Shown: piece by piece, positions 1 through 12,647 of the stretch
How positions within the stretch are numbered: the first letter of the stretch is position 1
Layout: every line of letters starts with the position of its first letter
NCBI RefSeq assembly: GCF_021028975.2
Contig: NC_059437.1
Span: 18,352,001-18,416,000, forward strand
From: Sphaerodactylus townsendi
Lineage: Eukaryota
Direction: 5' to 3'
Length of the DNA stretch: 64,000 nucleotides
Position numbers and translations under genes: made by a program
The notes under the pieces: model-generated
The model's database searches: none
Seen by the model: only the letters and a program-made list of their open reading frames with translations
Told to the model about the DNA's origin: nothing

Positions 1-163
1 GTGAGGAAGATGGGGCTGAGAGATTTCTGAAGAATGTAGGAATGGAGTCACAAATGTGGTTCATCAGATAAGACTCCATTGCTCATATGGAGGAGCAGGA
101 AATCAAATCCTGTTCTCCAGATTAGAGTCCACCACCTGTTAACCACTACACCATGCTGGCTCT
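1..163 (-). mobile_element. Squam3-like tRNA-derived SINE, 5' part (cut by window edge)
   Basis: Reverse strand reads AGAGCCAGCATGGTGTAGTGGTTAA...CTCTAATCTGGAGAAC...TTTGATT, with A-box, B-box and a second diverged B-box unit; matches the other copies in the window. Confidence 0.85.
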
Positions 164-437
164 TCATATAGATGTTCCAAACCTACTTTTGGAAATATGC
201 ACAAACAATCAAAAGCATTTTAGAAGACTTTATCAAAGGCAATGTTTATACCTTGTATAAACAAGATGTAAAGTTGCTCTCAAAGAATAGTAGGGAGGGA
301 GCATAGCAGCTGCATCCTCTCTGGGTAGGGGCACAGTAGCTGCATCAACTCAAAAGTGGAGCACCCTTTTCATGCAAAGACCAAGCAAAGGCTTAGCACC
401 TGCTTCCCAGACTTAGCTCTGTTTTTAGGCAATTTTT

Positions 438-598
438 GACTAGCCCAAGATCATCCAGCAGGCTTCAGGAGTGGGAGCGGGGGAACAAATCCAGTTCACC
501 AGAAAAGAGTCCCGCCACTCCTATGGAGGAACGGGAGATCAAACTCTGTTTTCCACATTAGAGTCCACCTGCTTTTAACCACTACACTATGCTGGCTC
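438..598 (-). mobile_element. Squam3-like SINE, 5' part
   Basis: Plus-strand TTAACCACTACACTATGCTGGCTCC is the reverse complement of the head; TGACTAGCCCAAGATCATCCAGC is the body motif. Confidence 0.85.
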
Positions 599-639
599 CC
601 TTATTCAACATATTGCCCTGATTTAGATTGTTCAGGCTA

Positions 640-830
640 GTCCACCTAGCCAGATATTGAAATCTAAGCTGGGTGAGCTGGGCGAGTACTTGAATGGGAA
701 ACCACAAAGGAAGTCTGGGGCTGCTACACAGAGGCAGGCAATGGCAAACCACCTCTGTTTGTCTCTGGTCTTGAAAACAGGATCACCACGGATCAGCACA
801 AATTGGCTGCAACTTGATGACCCTTTTTAT
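640..830 (+). mobile_element. 5S rRNA-derived SINE (5S-Sauria-like), degraded
   Basis: CTAAGCTGGGT...AGTACTTGAATGGGAAACC resembles the 5S internal control region; followed by the GGCAATGGCAAACCACCTCT RTE/BovB-like tail shared with 25960-26165. Confidence 0.7.
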
Positions 831-924
831 CACCATGTAAGGTATCCAGCTATGCTTGCTTTTCATAAATCAGTCCTGTAACTTTAAGGAGAACTGGTTA
901 TACTGGCAATGAAGTGTAAGCCCT

Positions 925-1350
925 GGAGACACTGTGGTATAGTGGTTGCAGACCTGAGTTTAAATTCATTCTCCCATTCAACTATAAACCTTACAGTGGA
1001 ACCTTGGAACAATCATTCTCTGTCACCACACAGGGTTGTTTTGAGGATAAAAGCAGAGGTGGGATCCAACCAGTTCTCACCGCTTCTCCAGAAGTGGTTA
1101 CTAATTTTTTCTGAATGCCAAGAAGGGGTTACTAAAGCAACCTCCTGCCCAATAGGGACTGGAGGTGCGCGGTGTGTGTATGCAAGCGCCACTGCTCTGA
1201 ATCCCACCACCATCGGAACCTGTTATTAAAATTTTTGGAACCCACCACTGGATAAAAGGGAATAGGGTGTAATTTCAACATGTGATATCCCATGTGGATC
1301 ACCCTAAGCCAGTTGAGAAACGGGTGGTGGAGATGTAGATAGTTAAATGC
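925..1350 (+). mobile_element. Old MIR/Ther1-Squam3A-like SINE, interrupted by an hAT MITE
   Basis: TGTGGTATAGTGGTT head and CACAGGGTTGTTTTGAGGATAAAA core; resumes after 1258. Confidence 0.55.
1054..1250. mobile_element. Non-autonomous hAT DNA transposon (MITE)
   Basis: TIRs CAGAGGTGGGATCCA / TGGAACCCACCACTG; perfect 8-bp TSD GATAAAAG at 1046-1053 and 1251-1258. Confidence 0.9.
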
Positions 1351-1574
1351 ATGGTCATTTTTTATTGTCTCCAGCATACTTCAGAAACAGATCCTATTGT
1401 GGTGTTGAAGCCTAATTCAGTTCTCAAAGGCATATGAATTCTCCTCCAAACTCGGTGTATGGAGGAATTGCCCTCTGTAGGCTTTCTAGCATTTATTTCC
1501 TATGTCTAGAGATGATGGTATGATTTTGCAATAAATGTATTGGGGGAAAGCAGTCCAAATACCTACCTTTGTTC

Positions 1575-1748
1575 AGGGTTGTCAAAGCTTGGCCACAGGC
1601 TGTACTGAGATGGCAGACCACCAAGGGAGACTGGGGTTGCTATATGGAGGAAGGCAATGACAAACCACCTCTGCTAGCCTCTTGGCTTAAATGCCCTATA
1701 GATGGGGCTGCCAGGAGTTAGCTGCAACTCAACAACATGTTCTTTTTT
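1575..1748 (+). mobile_element. 5S-Sauria-like SINE, degraded
   Basis: GTACTGAGATGGCAGACCACC 5S-like segment plus GGCAATGACAAACCACCTCTG tail. Confidence 0.55.
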
Positions 1749-4700
1749 TATTGACGGGAACCAAGCTGTCATTTGTTTTCCATTGGATTATTCATGCCAT
1801 AGTTGTTTACTTATACATCTTTGGCCAGGGACACATGAGGATGATGAAACAGTGCTCCAAAGAAGCGTTGGTAACTGAAATGTTATTCATGCATGCTCTT
1901 AGATTTTGAGAGAGGAAAATTCTGAGAATCAGCAGGCAACAGGCGTCCCACTGAAATGCTTTGAGTATTTGCTGTTGAAACACTGAAAGTATCCAAATGC
2001 CTTTGTCACTGCTTTCTGCCCCTCATTATTCCTTGAGACCTTTAAAAAAATCACAACCACCAGCAATAAAGACATTATGCCAAGACTTGCCCCAAGGGTA
2101 AGTTGAATAAAAATTCTCTGGAGCCTATAAATCTATTTGAAGGAGTTAACCTAATCACTTGGATGCCTGTCAAACCACAAGGAAAAGTGATAAGTAAATC
2201 AGTAATTCCATGAAATATGGACTTTTGCTTATCTGACTTGACCTTTTTTTGCTGCTCTTTCACCTTTCTGTCCTTCAAATCTCCAAACAGTTGTGTACAA
2301 AAGCTAATGTGTGGCCAACAGCTACTTGGCAGTCTGGTGATGTTGCTGAGACAAAGAAGTTTGTGTGTTGTTTATACTGATTATTTCCTCATAAGAGTTC
2401 AAAGATGCATGCATATACATGCTTCCTTGCTCAGAGTTTACTGTGCTTGCCACATCATTCTAATTGATTCAGAGCATTAGTGTCAGGGGCCTGTCATTGA
2501 ATTGATGCTAGGGAATGTGTCAACACCCACATAGAGAAATGTCTTGCAGGAGGGAAACACTTGGATTCTTCCCTGCTGCTTAAATGGAGATGCCAGACTG
2601 GTGTGTGGGAAACTTGCTACTGGCATGATTCCCCATGTCCACTGATGTCATGTCTCTTCCCTCCTAACATCTCCACCTGCAGGGCTCTTTTGCTGCGCTG
2701 CCCTACATCTTTTACAAGCCTACCAGAAACAAACAGTTTCACAGGCTGCCAAGAGTATGTTGTTCAGGCATAGAACAATCTTGCGGCTGAACTAGGAGTA
2801 TTTGAAGAAATGAATTTCTGGCCAGTGTTCAGCAAAGTCTGTGTCCTGGGACCTGTTTACCAAGCCAAGCTTCAGTCTTTGAGGCTCATGAAATAATAAA
2901 TAATGGACAATAGCCCTTGGGTATGCTGAATGTGTACTTCCTTCCCATAACCTTTCAAACTGGCCCAACTCCTTTTAGTTCAATTGGGGAGTATTTTCAG
3001 GTCAGTTAAGAAGGTGGAATGGCTGGAAAGTTTCTGTGGTCACTGCTGTTGATTGCTGCTGGTAGCTATGGATTGAGTGAAGTGCTTGAAATACCTCAGG
3101 GTTACTCAGAATTAAATAGGCTAGTAGCAGCAACGAAGGATGTAGGTTCCATTGTTCCTACTCTATAACCATTCAGGTCTGAACTGAGCAGCCCCTGTCG
3201 GTGTCACATGCCTTGATTTGTCCCCAAACTGTTTTAACAGTTCAATCTACTATGTGCCCTTGTTCTGTGGGAGAGGGTGTTCTCTGTATGCACAAATTAT
3301 CCAGTCCAGTCCTGGGAATATTCACTTAAATGTGATCAGGTAGTGGGTGTTGGGAAATATCTTTTTCGATTTGAGATCCTTTCTCTATTTGAGAACTGCT
3401 GTCAATTACAGAAGGCAAAATGGGTCCATAGTCCAACGTACAGACAGATAAATTCAAATATGAGTTTCTCGGTGAGCATTTGGAAAGCATCACATCTTTT
3501 CCAATAGTTTGCTACCAGATAGCCAGGTGGGTGCAAGGCACATCAAGATCCTTTCCACACAAATCACCCAAAACGTTTGGAAAACAGTTTCAAACCCTAC
3601 CTCCACCCCTTTATCATAATGTATTTTTGCACTCAACTCCTCAAAATGATTCCTGGCTGCTATTATGAGATTTTTCCTTTTTTAAAAAAGTTCTGTGTTG
3701 AATTGATGCTTCAGTGCCTCAAAGCTTCTTGTGGCAATTCTCTATTCTTCATATACTCACAGCATCAAACATTACCCTCCCCCCCAAATTAAAACAACAG
3801 AAATGGTTGAAATAAAATAGATGAGGGGAAACAGAGTGAGCTCAGAAAATGGCTCCAAAAAGGAAGTTCAGGGAAGCAGAGAAGCATGGGAAACACAGTA
3901 ACTGAAAGTGTTTTTTCAAAACTTTTCACCTAAAGAATATTTTTAAAAGGAGATTACTTTTTTAAAAAATTGAGACTGGAAATAAACTGTTGGGCATAAA
4001 AACAATGTGGAAGTCCATGGAGAAAACATTTTTATTTCCTGCCTCAAATGGTTTGAAAAGGTTTGTGCAGAAAGGGCCAAATTTCAACTTATATGTTTTA
4101 ATTTGCTAGCTGCCTTGAATGAAAGTTAAAAGGCAGGTAAAAATCTTCTAAAAAACCCCAACCTTTCCCTGATCTTGTCAGTAATATTTTCCTTTCCTAT
4201 CTTATTTTACAAATAGTTATCTACTTAGATTAGTCCTTCCTGTGATTATCTTTTTTTACAAAACCTCTACTCTGTTTTTTTCCTCTCTCTAGCCTTTCCA
4301 GGACATATACCCTCTCAGTCACATCCTCTTGTCCAATCAGAATATTTCCCTCCCATCTCTCTCTTTCTCAATCCATCATTCAAAGTCACTCCTTTTCTCA
4401 CACAAACATTTCCCTCTTTCCAGTCAACCTCTTTAGCTTTTAAACCACTAATCCAGAACTACATATGCAATTCTAAACATTTTAGGGTATTGTTTAAAGA
4501 TCTTCTGCACATTACATCACAATAATCCTATTAAAATATATATTAGAACAACGGTTTTGTAAACTACCCGCTTATTCAAACTAGTAAATTCTGTGCAGGT
4601 TACAACTTATCAGATCCTTTCACTGAAACAGTTGGTTTCAACAAATCTAGTTCCCCCCCCCCCTTCTATTCAGAGACCAGCACAGCAGCAGCCATGTATA

Positions 4701-5651
4701 CAATATTTTCAAACTGCCAGTCCGCACCTGCGATGCTACAAATTGCAAGCAATAAATGGCCAAGCAAATTTTAGTTACCATAAATACAAATGCCTTTGGC
4801 ATCTTGTAGAACGACGAGGCATTTCTCCATCCAAAGTGCCCGCAGAGCCAGTTGGTCTCCAAACTCATCAGGCATTTTTAATCTAGGCTCCCATTAAAGG
4901 AAACCTCTTCCTAAATGTATATTTGAAATGATTTAGCTCAATAAACCTATTTTCTAAGGTGACTCTGATCGAATGAAAGGAGAGAGCAGTTGTCGCATGG
5001 TTAATCTGCAGTTTGAATTGATGGTGATGGAGGGCATTTGTCAACATTTTAAGGCTATCTGAGCCACCCACCCAGATGGATGCAGATTTTTTGCTGCCAA
5101 AAGCACAGTCTAGGAATACATCTCTTGTTGAGCAAGCCGTGACATAGTAAATGAGTTGGGGGGGGGGGGGTTGTATTGTTAGGTCCATTCATATCCATAA
5201 TAGTGTAGTAGCTAAACTGCTGAATGTAAAATGGGAACTGACCCACTTTAGAAGATCTGGGTTCAAGTACAAATTCCACATTGACCTAGACTAACCAGTC
5301 GCTATATCTCAGGAGTAGTACACCCATTAAATTTGTGATACAGAGGGTTCCAGGAATTGCTCTGGGTTAACTTTATCATAGGTGAAACTTGGTGATGCAC
5401 AGTGCTCATCTGAGAAACGTTTGTGGTTTTATAGAAACAATTTCAGTTGCTATTATAATTCCTTGGATGTTTCACTTCATTATGAGAACCTTCACCCACC
5501 CACCCAAAGTTATCTCACATGTTGCTTGATAAAAATTTCAATCGTAAGATGACCTTTTGGGGTGCTGGATATCATTTGGTCGAAATAATGTGTACTACCA
5601 AAGAAAGAGGTCTTTGATAGGGCACAAATTGCCAGGTTAGTTGATGACTAT

Positions 5652-5669
5652 ACACACACACACATACAC

Positions 5670-5709
<40 letters not shown>
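5652..5709. repeat. Compound (CA)n(GA)n microsatellite
   Basis: Directly visible. Confidence 0.95.
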
Positions 5710-5717
<8 letters not shown>

Positions 5718-5949
5718 AGACAAGACTCTGGGAACTACAATGTAGATAATGCATTAATGTCCTCTATTTGCTTAAACTCCAAGCCATCATACTGGTGGGA
5801 AGATGGATCAGAAAAGTGGCACTGAATTATTTCCTCTGTTTCACTTTGTTCTAAGGTACTTCCCCAAAAGGCTTTGCAAATCGATACCAAGTATGGATCT
5901 CGCATGTCATGTTTAGTTAAGTCATTACTGAAACTCTGGCCATTTCTTA

Positions 5950-6350
5950 ACGCCCATTTCTACTTAATGTTTGGCGCCAAAAAAACAACAACCCTTTAAA
6001 ATGTTGTTGGGAAGGAAGCTTTCGCGAAGAGTTTCAAACCGTACCTGCAAAGTCACTTTGATCTTCAATTTTAACAATGACATACTTGTATCTCTGCGCT
6101 GACACCGTCCTCCGACTAGGAGGAGGGCAATATCAAATATCAGTAGGCGAATTTAGGAGGACACTGGCAGAGGCTCTCGGGGAGAGCGGCGAAAAAGCGA
6201 TTTCACATCATCTCCTGGCCACCTGCCGTCGGGGTTAACTCGCCTGCTCGCCGCATTGAAGCTAGGATGCTTCAGTATGCAAAACCCAGAACTCTAGCAT
6301 GCCGGGCGTAATTCGCCAGTGACCACAGACCTTCCAATTTTTTCTCACGT
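5950..6350. promoter_or_regulatory. CpG-rich unique block, candidate enhancer/promoter
   Basis: About 22 CpG in ~400 bp against a CpG-depleted background; no recognised repeat; TCF/LEF-type CTTTGAT (6056-6062) and SOX-type AACAAT (6073-6078). Confidence 0.4.
6086..6115 (-). other. Candidate 30-nt microexon (SEDGVSAEIQ in phase 0); alternative donor gives a 71-nt exon 6045-6115
   Basis: Minus strand: ctactgat...ttgccctcctcctag|TCGGAGGAC...ATACAA|gtatgt, or ...TTTGCAG|gtacgg. No parent gene recognised. Confidence 0.2.
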
Positions 6351-6460
6351 TAATTCCAGAAAATTGCTATTTGGTTCTTTGTATCTATCCTATCTTATAC
6401 CAGTTAAGCTATTTCCATCGTCCAGCATACATCCGTCTTGCCTTACTTTACCACCTTATG

Positions 6461-6689
6461 GAAGCAGCATGGTGTAGTGGTTAGAATGCTGGACAGGATT
6501 TGAGAGACCTGAATTCCCCCACCAACACCTTGCCATGGAAGCTTGCTGGGTGACCTTGGGCCAGTCACAATATTTCAGCCTAACCTACTCCACAGGGTTG
6601 TTGTGAAAAAATGCCAAAAGGGTAAACACTTTGAGCCACTTTGGGTCTCCTTAAGGGAGAAAAGTGGGGCATAAATGAAGTAAATAAAT
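6461..6689 (+). mobile_element. Squam3A-like SINE, full length, single tRNA head
   Basis: GCAGCATGGTGTAGTGGTTAGA head; GGGTGACCTTGGGCCAGTCAC core; GGGCATAAATGAAGTAAATAAAT tail. Confidence 0.85.
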
Positions 6690-7207
6690 TACCTGTCATT
6701 GAGTGACTTTTCAGGAACAAGATTATAGTGAACTGTGGCTTAGCACACTGAAAAGTGAAATTTCTGAATGATGATATTACTTCAGCAGGCTGACTAGATT
6801 GTTTCCTGTGGGTTATGTGTGTCTCTGCAATTCCATTGTACAATAATCAGATTTTTTTTCTTTCATAAAGATATTCTACTTATTCCTTAAAGCCTGAATG
6901 AAAGCCAGAATGTCCAGATGGGAGTAAAATGGAATAACATGTTTTAATAAGCTGTAAAAAAGAAGTTGAGAAGAGCCACACAACTTTTAAAGTCTGGATT
7001 ATCCCTTAATCTCGGTAGCTGCGAGAAACTCTGTAAAAGCTTCCTTTAATGAAACCGTGGAAATTTTGAACTGAAATTATATAGGCTTATTTGCCTGGTT
7101 GGCTTAATCTTTAAACTTACCCTCCTTTTTTTATTCCTTGGGGAATTGCTGAATTAATAAAAAAGAATCTGGTATAATATTTTCACAAAGTAGGTAAAGT
7201 GAAGAAG

Positions 7208-7278
7208 GAGAGCTGTGGCATCTTGAACTGAGTGGTGGTGACAAACTTTTCTGGTCCAAAGTCCACTTCTCCAGATTA
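7208..7278 (-). mobile_element. Degenerate Penelope-like terminal fragment with hammerhead remnant
   Basis: Minus strand TCTGGAGAAGTGGACTTTGGACCAGAAAAG resembles the CTGAAGAAGTGGAC...GTCCACGAAAG hammerhead of reptile Penelope ends. Confidence 0.3.
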
Positions 7279-7370
7279 TGAAATAGGCCCTCATTTGCCT
7301 TTGACACATGCAGAAACTGACAAATTCAAAATTTGCTCTTTTTCTGTTTTTACAAGGGAGAGGGGATAAA

Positions 7371-7667
7371 AAGAATAAGAATAAGAGGAGTTTGGATTTA
7401 TGCCTGACCTTTCTCTCCTGTAAGGAGACTCAAGGTGGTTTACAAGCTATTTTCCCTTCCTCTCCCCACAACAGACACCTTGTGAGGTAGGTGGGGCTGA
7501 CAGAATTCTGAAGAACTGTGAGTTCACCTAGCAGGAATGTAGGAGTGTGGGAACACATCTGGTTCACCAGATAAGCCTCTGCCACTCAGGTGCAGGAGTA
7601 CGGAATTAAACCCGGTTCTCCAGATTAGAATCTACCTACTCTTAACCACTACACCACACTGGCTCTC
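7371..7667 (-). mobile_element. Squam3-like SINE, full length, duplicated B-box region
   Basis: GAGTTTGGATTTAT tail through TTAACCACTACACCACACTGGCTCT head. Confidence 0.9.
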
Positions 7668-9394
7668 ACTTGTTCATGAATAAAATGCAGATCCTTCCCT
7701 TTGTTTTTTTTTTTTAAAAAAAACCTCTCCTCTGGAAGAATGTGCTGTTGAGTTGCAAGTAAATCATAGTAACTCCAGTCATGGGCTATTCATAGCAAGA
7801 GATGAGCTGAGGGGTTTTGCCCTTGCCTTCCTTTACAGTCTTCCTTGGCGGTCCACCCTCAGCAAAATTAATGACTTTAAAAAATCAAAATCTGAAATCA
7901 ACACAAAGCAGCAGCTAAGGAAACCCAAACAAAGTCTTGGATTCTGTGTGACCTGTTCACTGGTGTAGAAGCTGCTTCTCTTCTTGCAGAGGAGGTGAGG
8001 GTGACTGATTGCCCTCCCCTGCTGAAGACTCCCAATTTGCCCCTCCCCTGCCACACAACATTCCTTTAAGTCAACAACCTGAAGAAAAATGATTTGAGGA
8101 GGCACAGATGGCTGCACTGAGAAGAGCATTACATTTAAAGCCTTCGACAATACATTACATTTAAATATTTTTGGAAAGCAATGATAAACTCAAATACCAA
8201 GAACCAAGCAGAATTAAAAAGCCAAAGTCAGAACAAAACAAAAATTAAAATGCAGCATAAAACAACCTAGCTTGGGGGTGGGAGTTAATCCCCTTGAAGA
8301 CCCTCCAGAAAATAAAATTGATCTGCAGATGGCTAGTAGTGAAGAGGAGAATCCAGGAGGAATAGAGCCCCAGATTCAGGGGGGTGGGGGCGTAAAGAGG
8401 GTTCTTTGGTGCTATGCTGTTATGTGATTCCACTTCTGGCACAAAACGGAATTACATCAGCACAATGCTCTAGAATTCACTCAAAACTGAACAACTTATG
8501 TGCAGCCTTAAGAATTCTCCTGTGGATCCTAGCTATCTCCAGGGCTTAGGGACCCAATGAAAGAGGTTTTTGCTCAAGTGCTGTTAGTGAAGGCCAAAAC
8601 TAGTGGGAAAAGACTTATGCTCATGGGAGGATTCAGAAAGCAAATGACTCTTTCTGCAACAGAAAGGGCATGTGGGTAACCCACCATGATGTGGTATTTG
8701 CATTTCTAATTTTTTTTTCCAAAAATGGTTGGTTGCTTTAGGTTAGCTTTAGTGTTTAATGTGCTCATTGCTATAGGGGTGTTGGGGGGGATCCATTGCT
8801 TTTCATTAGCATTAGTATGCTAGTGATTGAGAACAAGCCAGTTGCATGCATTGCAGTGGTGCTTCTGGAATTTATAGCCCCCTTCAGTGCGGAAAAAGAC
8901 TTGCCTGAGGAATGTTAAGCAGTAAGTTAAGTTTCATGGTCTTTAGCACGTCTTCCGGTATACACTGGTTTGAGCTGCTGTAAAATGAAATTGATTTCCA
9001 GCTTACTTTTTATCTCTTTCAGCTACATATCTAAGGACATAAGGCTCATTTTAAGTGATGGTTTCCAAAGAGCAAAAAGGGGCACTTTTATGACATAGGC
9101 ATGGGATGATAAAGTGTGTATACAGGCAAACATGCACGCATTCATACATACACAGCCTAACACTATGATGCATAATACACTGTTATGTGGGTGGGAAGGG
9201 TTGCACAGCAGTGTAAATTTCTGAATTACTATAGAATGTTGTTTAAGAAACCATGAATAATGATGCAAGTAAATTCCACTTTAAACTTTCAGTTTTTGAA
9301 TGGAATCATGGTGGTTGGGAAGGGTTTTTTTCCCCCATCCTTTCCCCTGTGCTGTTCTCTAATATAAATCAATCCCTGGAGATTCTGTTTGACC

Positions 9395-10050
9395 TGATGT
9401 GGGAATAAGTATGTTTTACTGTCTCAAGGGTTTTATTTACATTGGGCAAATGGCATAGTAGAGAATAGTCGATGACACCGCTGCCTCTAGAAGAATGAAA
9501 TGTAAAGGCTCCAGAGTAATCATCAGAATGTTTTCCATTTAAGATGATTTTACTGGTTGAAGAATTCCCCCAAGAAAGAACCCGCCTTGTTCTTAGTTGT
9601 ATCACGTGAGATTCCCAGCAATAATGGCCAGTCTGAGTGGAATACCAAAGGAATTAAGTTACATGGATCTAGATTTTCATCTTCATCATCACGTCCAAGA
9701 CTGGCATTAAAGTCGCTTGCAATATAAAATTTTGCAGATGGATGGGAGCTTTCCAGAGAGTCAAGGTAATTGGAAAACAATGTCCATTGAGATGTAAGTG
9801 AAAGAGTATCCGAGCAAGGTAACAAATATGTATTGACAAAAACACATTGAAATCAGGCAGTGTGGCACAAAAATGCCTGGGAGAAAGGAGGGCTATCGTA
9901 GAGTGGACTGAACTGGATGTAAGCTTGTTGGAAACGAAACAGCATACACCAGCTCTAAAACGACCCTTCTTGTTCTCTCTCATGGCTGGGAGAAAATACA
10001 CAGACAAACCCCTTCAAAGCAATGGGATTAGGACTGCAGGTTTCTTGTAG
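9395..10050 (-). mobile_element. LINE ORF2 AP endonuclease relic (RTE-X/L2-like), frameshifted
   Basis: Three overlapping minus ORFs give GRFRAGVCCFV, FYIASDFNA (GDFNA motif), SRD..KNKAG, ILNG..DDYSGAFTF..SRGSGVIDY. Confidence 0.8.
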
Positions 10051-10079
10051 AAGAATTAGGTCAAATTTGGATAAATAGT

Positions 10080-10588
10080 TGGTAAAATCAGTACCCCTGA
10101 GATGTCTATCCCGCCACATTCCGCAAGAGACATTTCAGTAAGGGAGTGCTGGAAAATTAAACCATATGTACTCTGCAATCCCTTTACTCTGTACCCATGT
10201 ACATACTTTATGCTTTGATTGATCCATGTATTGCTTTTACCTCTGAAATCTATTGCTTGCATTGTGTGAAATCTCAATCCTATTTACCTCATTTTCAAGT
10301 TAGAATTGCTTTAAGTATTTGTTTTTTGTTAATGGTTGCCAGTGCAGCTTCAGTTATACCTGCAGAATTTTTAATATTGCATTCACCATTTGAAAATCTT
10401 GAACTTATGTACTTATCTTTCAAACTCGTCATGAATGATCACATTGTTTGTTCAGTGTGGCTCGCTTATAGCTATAGATTTTATTTAATTGTTGGTGTTA
10501 AATTAATCTTGTAGTTAAATTAATCTGAGCCCTTCAGGGATAGGGCGGTATACCAAATTCAATAAATAAATAAATAAATAAATAAAAT
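10080..10588 (+). mobile_element. L2-like LINE 3' end
   Basis: T-rich 3' UTR ending GAGCCCTTCAGGGATAGGGCGGTATA (stem-loop) followed by (AATA)n. Confidence 0.6.
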
Positions 10589-10597
10589 AGTTTAGAA

Positions 10598-11214
10598 TGT
10601 GTCCCTGAAAGTCTAAGGAAGCAAGGTCTAAGGAGCACCACCCCTTCAATTCAAAACCAATCTTTATTGTTAATCTGGCCTGTTTTAGTTTTATCCCTGA
10701 ATGTCACTAGTCTCAGGTTGATGGTGTCTCTAAGCTTCCTTCTTGTCATTTCTCACTAGTGGTTCACTGTGGCTTTCTAAAGGGAAAAACCCTTATAAAA
10801 ACCAGTAGAGATCCTGAAACCTGGCCACTTGCATTTCAAGGTCTGTCCCCACTAATTCCCTAATCTACAACAGAACAGACCCCACTTAAACAGGTAACAA
10901 ATGACAGTGTCTCCCATGTTATCAGGATGAAGCCCAGACAGTATCTTGACAATTCATGGATTCCATGCCAAGATAGTGTACTTCATGTTGTGGGGAAGGG
11001 AATGGAAGAAGATAGATATCACCTCTACATCCTCCTCCCTCCCCTGATTAGCTACCAACACTGTTGTGAGAGAATGGGGTATTAACTAGTTCAACTGCTA
11101 ACTGCTTGTTGCGGATCCTTTGTAACTTTAATAAATTTAAATCCTTTAAGTCCTTTCACTTAGATCATTTATTCCTTCCTGTGTGATCTCTTAATCCTGA
11201 GTCCCTGTGCAACA
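10598..11214 (+). mobile_element. Possible LTR remnant
   Basis: TATAAAA near 10794, AATAAA near 11130, ends TGCAACA; 5' boundary and TSD not found. Confidence 0.25.
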
Positions 11215-11544
11215 TTGCACATTCCACTTTCAGTTTTGCAAAATCAGTGATAAAATGAATGACTTTTGCTTTGGGATATGATCATTAAATGCTCATTTTA
11301 ATAACTATTTACACTAAATATGTGGCTACCATCAAAGATATAAACAACCCTGCACCCTTAGTTTCCCTATCTCTTCATTTGTTAGATCAGTGATATCCAG
11401 TGTGGCTCCTTTGGATATTGTGGTGTCAGTAAATGTGTTTTCCTGTGTCCAGTTGCTTTTTTCCCCAAAACATCTCCCCTTCTCCAAAGTAAAGGGCTTC
11501 CTCTACCTAATTGGAGTAAGGTACTTCAGAGCACAGAATCTGGG

Positions 11545-12052
11545 GAAATGTTTTGGGTGATTGTCAAGGGTGCATTTTTAAATCTACTGGAACCAAAATG
11601 CTGTGGTCTCATCCGGAGACTGTCCTTATGAAACCCCCCAGGTTTGATGAAGTTTGATTTAGGGAGGCAAAAGTTATGGACCCTCCAAGGGGTGGCCCCC
11701 GTCTCCTGTTAGCTCCCATTGGAAACAATAGGGGATGAGGCACACACTTTGGTGGTCCCTAACTTTGCCTTCCCTCAACCAAACTTTACCAAACTTGGGA
11801 GGCAGCATCAGGACAGTCCCTATATCATACTCTGCCACTAACTTTAAAAATGTGCTACTCCTGCATGCCAAAATGTGAAAAACACCCCCCAATACAAAAA
11901 AATTCAAACGGACCTGAATTTTTCGGATATACCCGAGTATTCGGCTACATCTGAATACGCTATTTGTCTTATTCAGGCATACAGATAATTTTATGCCTGA
12001 ATAAATCCGAATCCGAATTTTACCAAATTTTTAGGGTATTTCCCAAGTTTAT
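11545..12052. mobile_element. Non-autonomous DNA transposon (hAT-like)
   Basis: Repeated CCGAAT/ATTCGG subterminal motifs (11910-12020), terminal GGTATTTCCCAAG, and internal inverted segments. Confidence 0.55.
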
Positions 12053-12274
12053 TCAAAACTGAAACTGCATTGGCAGAAGCTCTAGCTTGTTCCACAGCTA
12101 CTTTTGAGATGGTAGAATGAGTAACAAAACGTTGGGGTGTGGGCAAAAAATCTTGATTTTAATGAGTTTTTTTTAAAGGAAAAAATTAAAAGCGACAAAA
12201 AATTTAAAAAATTAAACTTTGTGCATTAAGGTATAATGTTCTAGCCTAGCTTTTTGAATGCAGTGTAATTTACA

Positions 12275-12520
12275 GGGGCCAATTACTCACTGGTAGCACA
12301 TGGTAGCTCCAGAAGCATGTCAGGGCAAGAAATCTTGTCCCACATGCTACCTTTTTGCAACATGCTGAGAGAGGAGGTGCAAGATTTCTTATCCCAACAT
12401 GCTTCCTCTTGCCATGCATCTGCTTTTGGTTTTCCTCGGGAAAAGCAAGAGCATTTCAAGTGTGACTTTTCATGCCAGAGCGAGGTGAGGGGGGGCAGCC
12501 AGAAGTGGGGAATAATTCAC
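12275..12520. mobile_element. Older palindromic PIF/Harbinger-like MITE
   Basis: Degenerate TIR GGGCCAATTACTCACT / AGTGGGGAATAATT; internal 26-bp inverted repeat 12312-12337 vs 12380-12405 (22/26 match). Confidence 0.5.
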
Positions 12521-12647
12521 ATCTGGGAACTTTGGAAGTTAATCCCTCACTATCAGTCTAAAGCATTCTATTTCTTCAGCACATTACTACTTCATCACGA
12601 CCACATCCTTCTTGAGGTATAGACCAGGTCTTGTTGTTTACATCAAA

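Noticed and set aside
4647-5188. Two minus-strand ORFs as a gene or LINE ORF1
   Set aside because: No motif recognised; cannot be assigned without a search.
5519-5647. Second minus-strand exon joining the 6045-6115 candidate
   Set aside because: The acceptor is formed by a microsatellite, the donor is weak and the peptide is unrecognisable.
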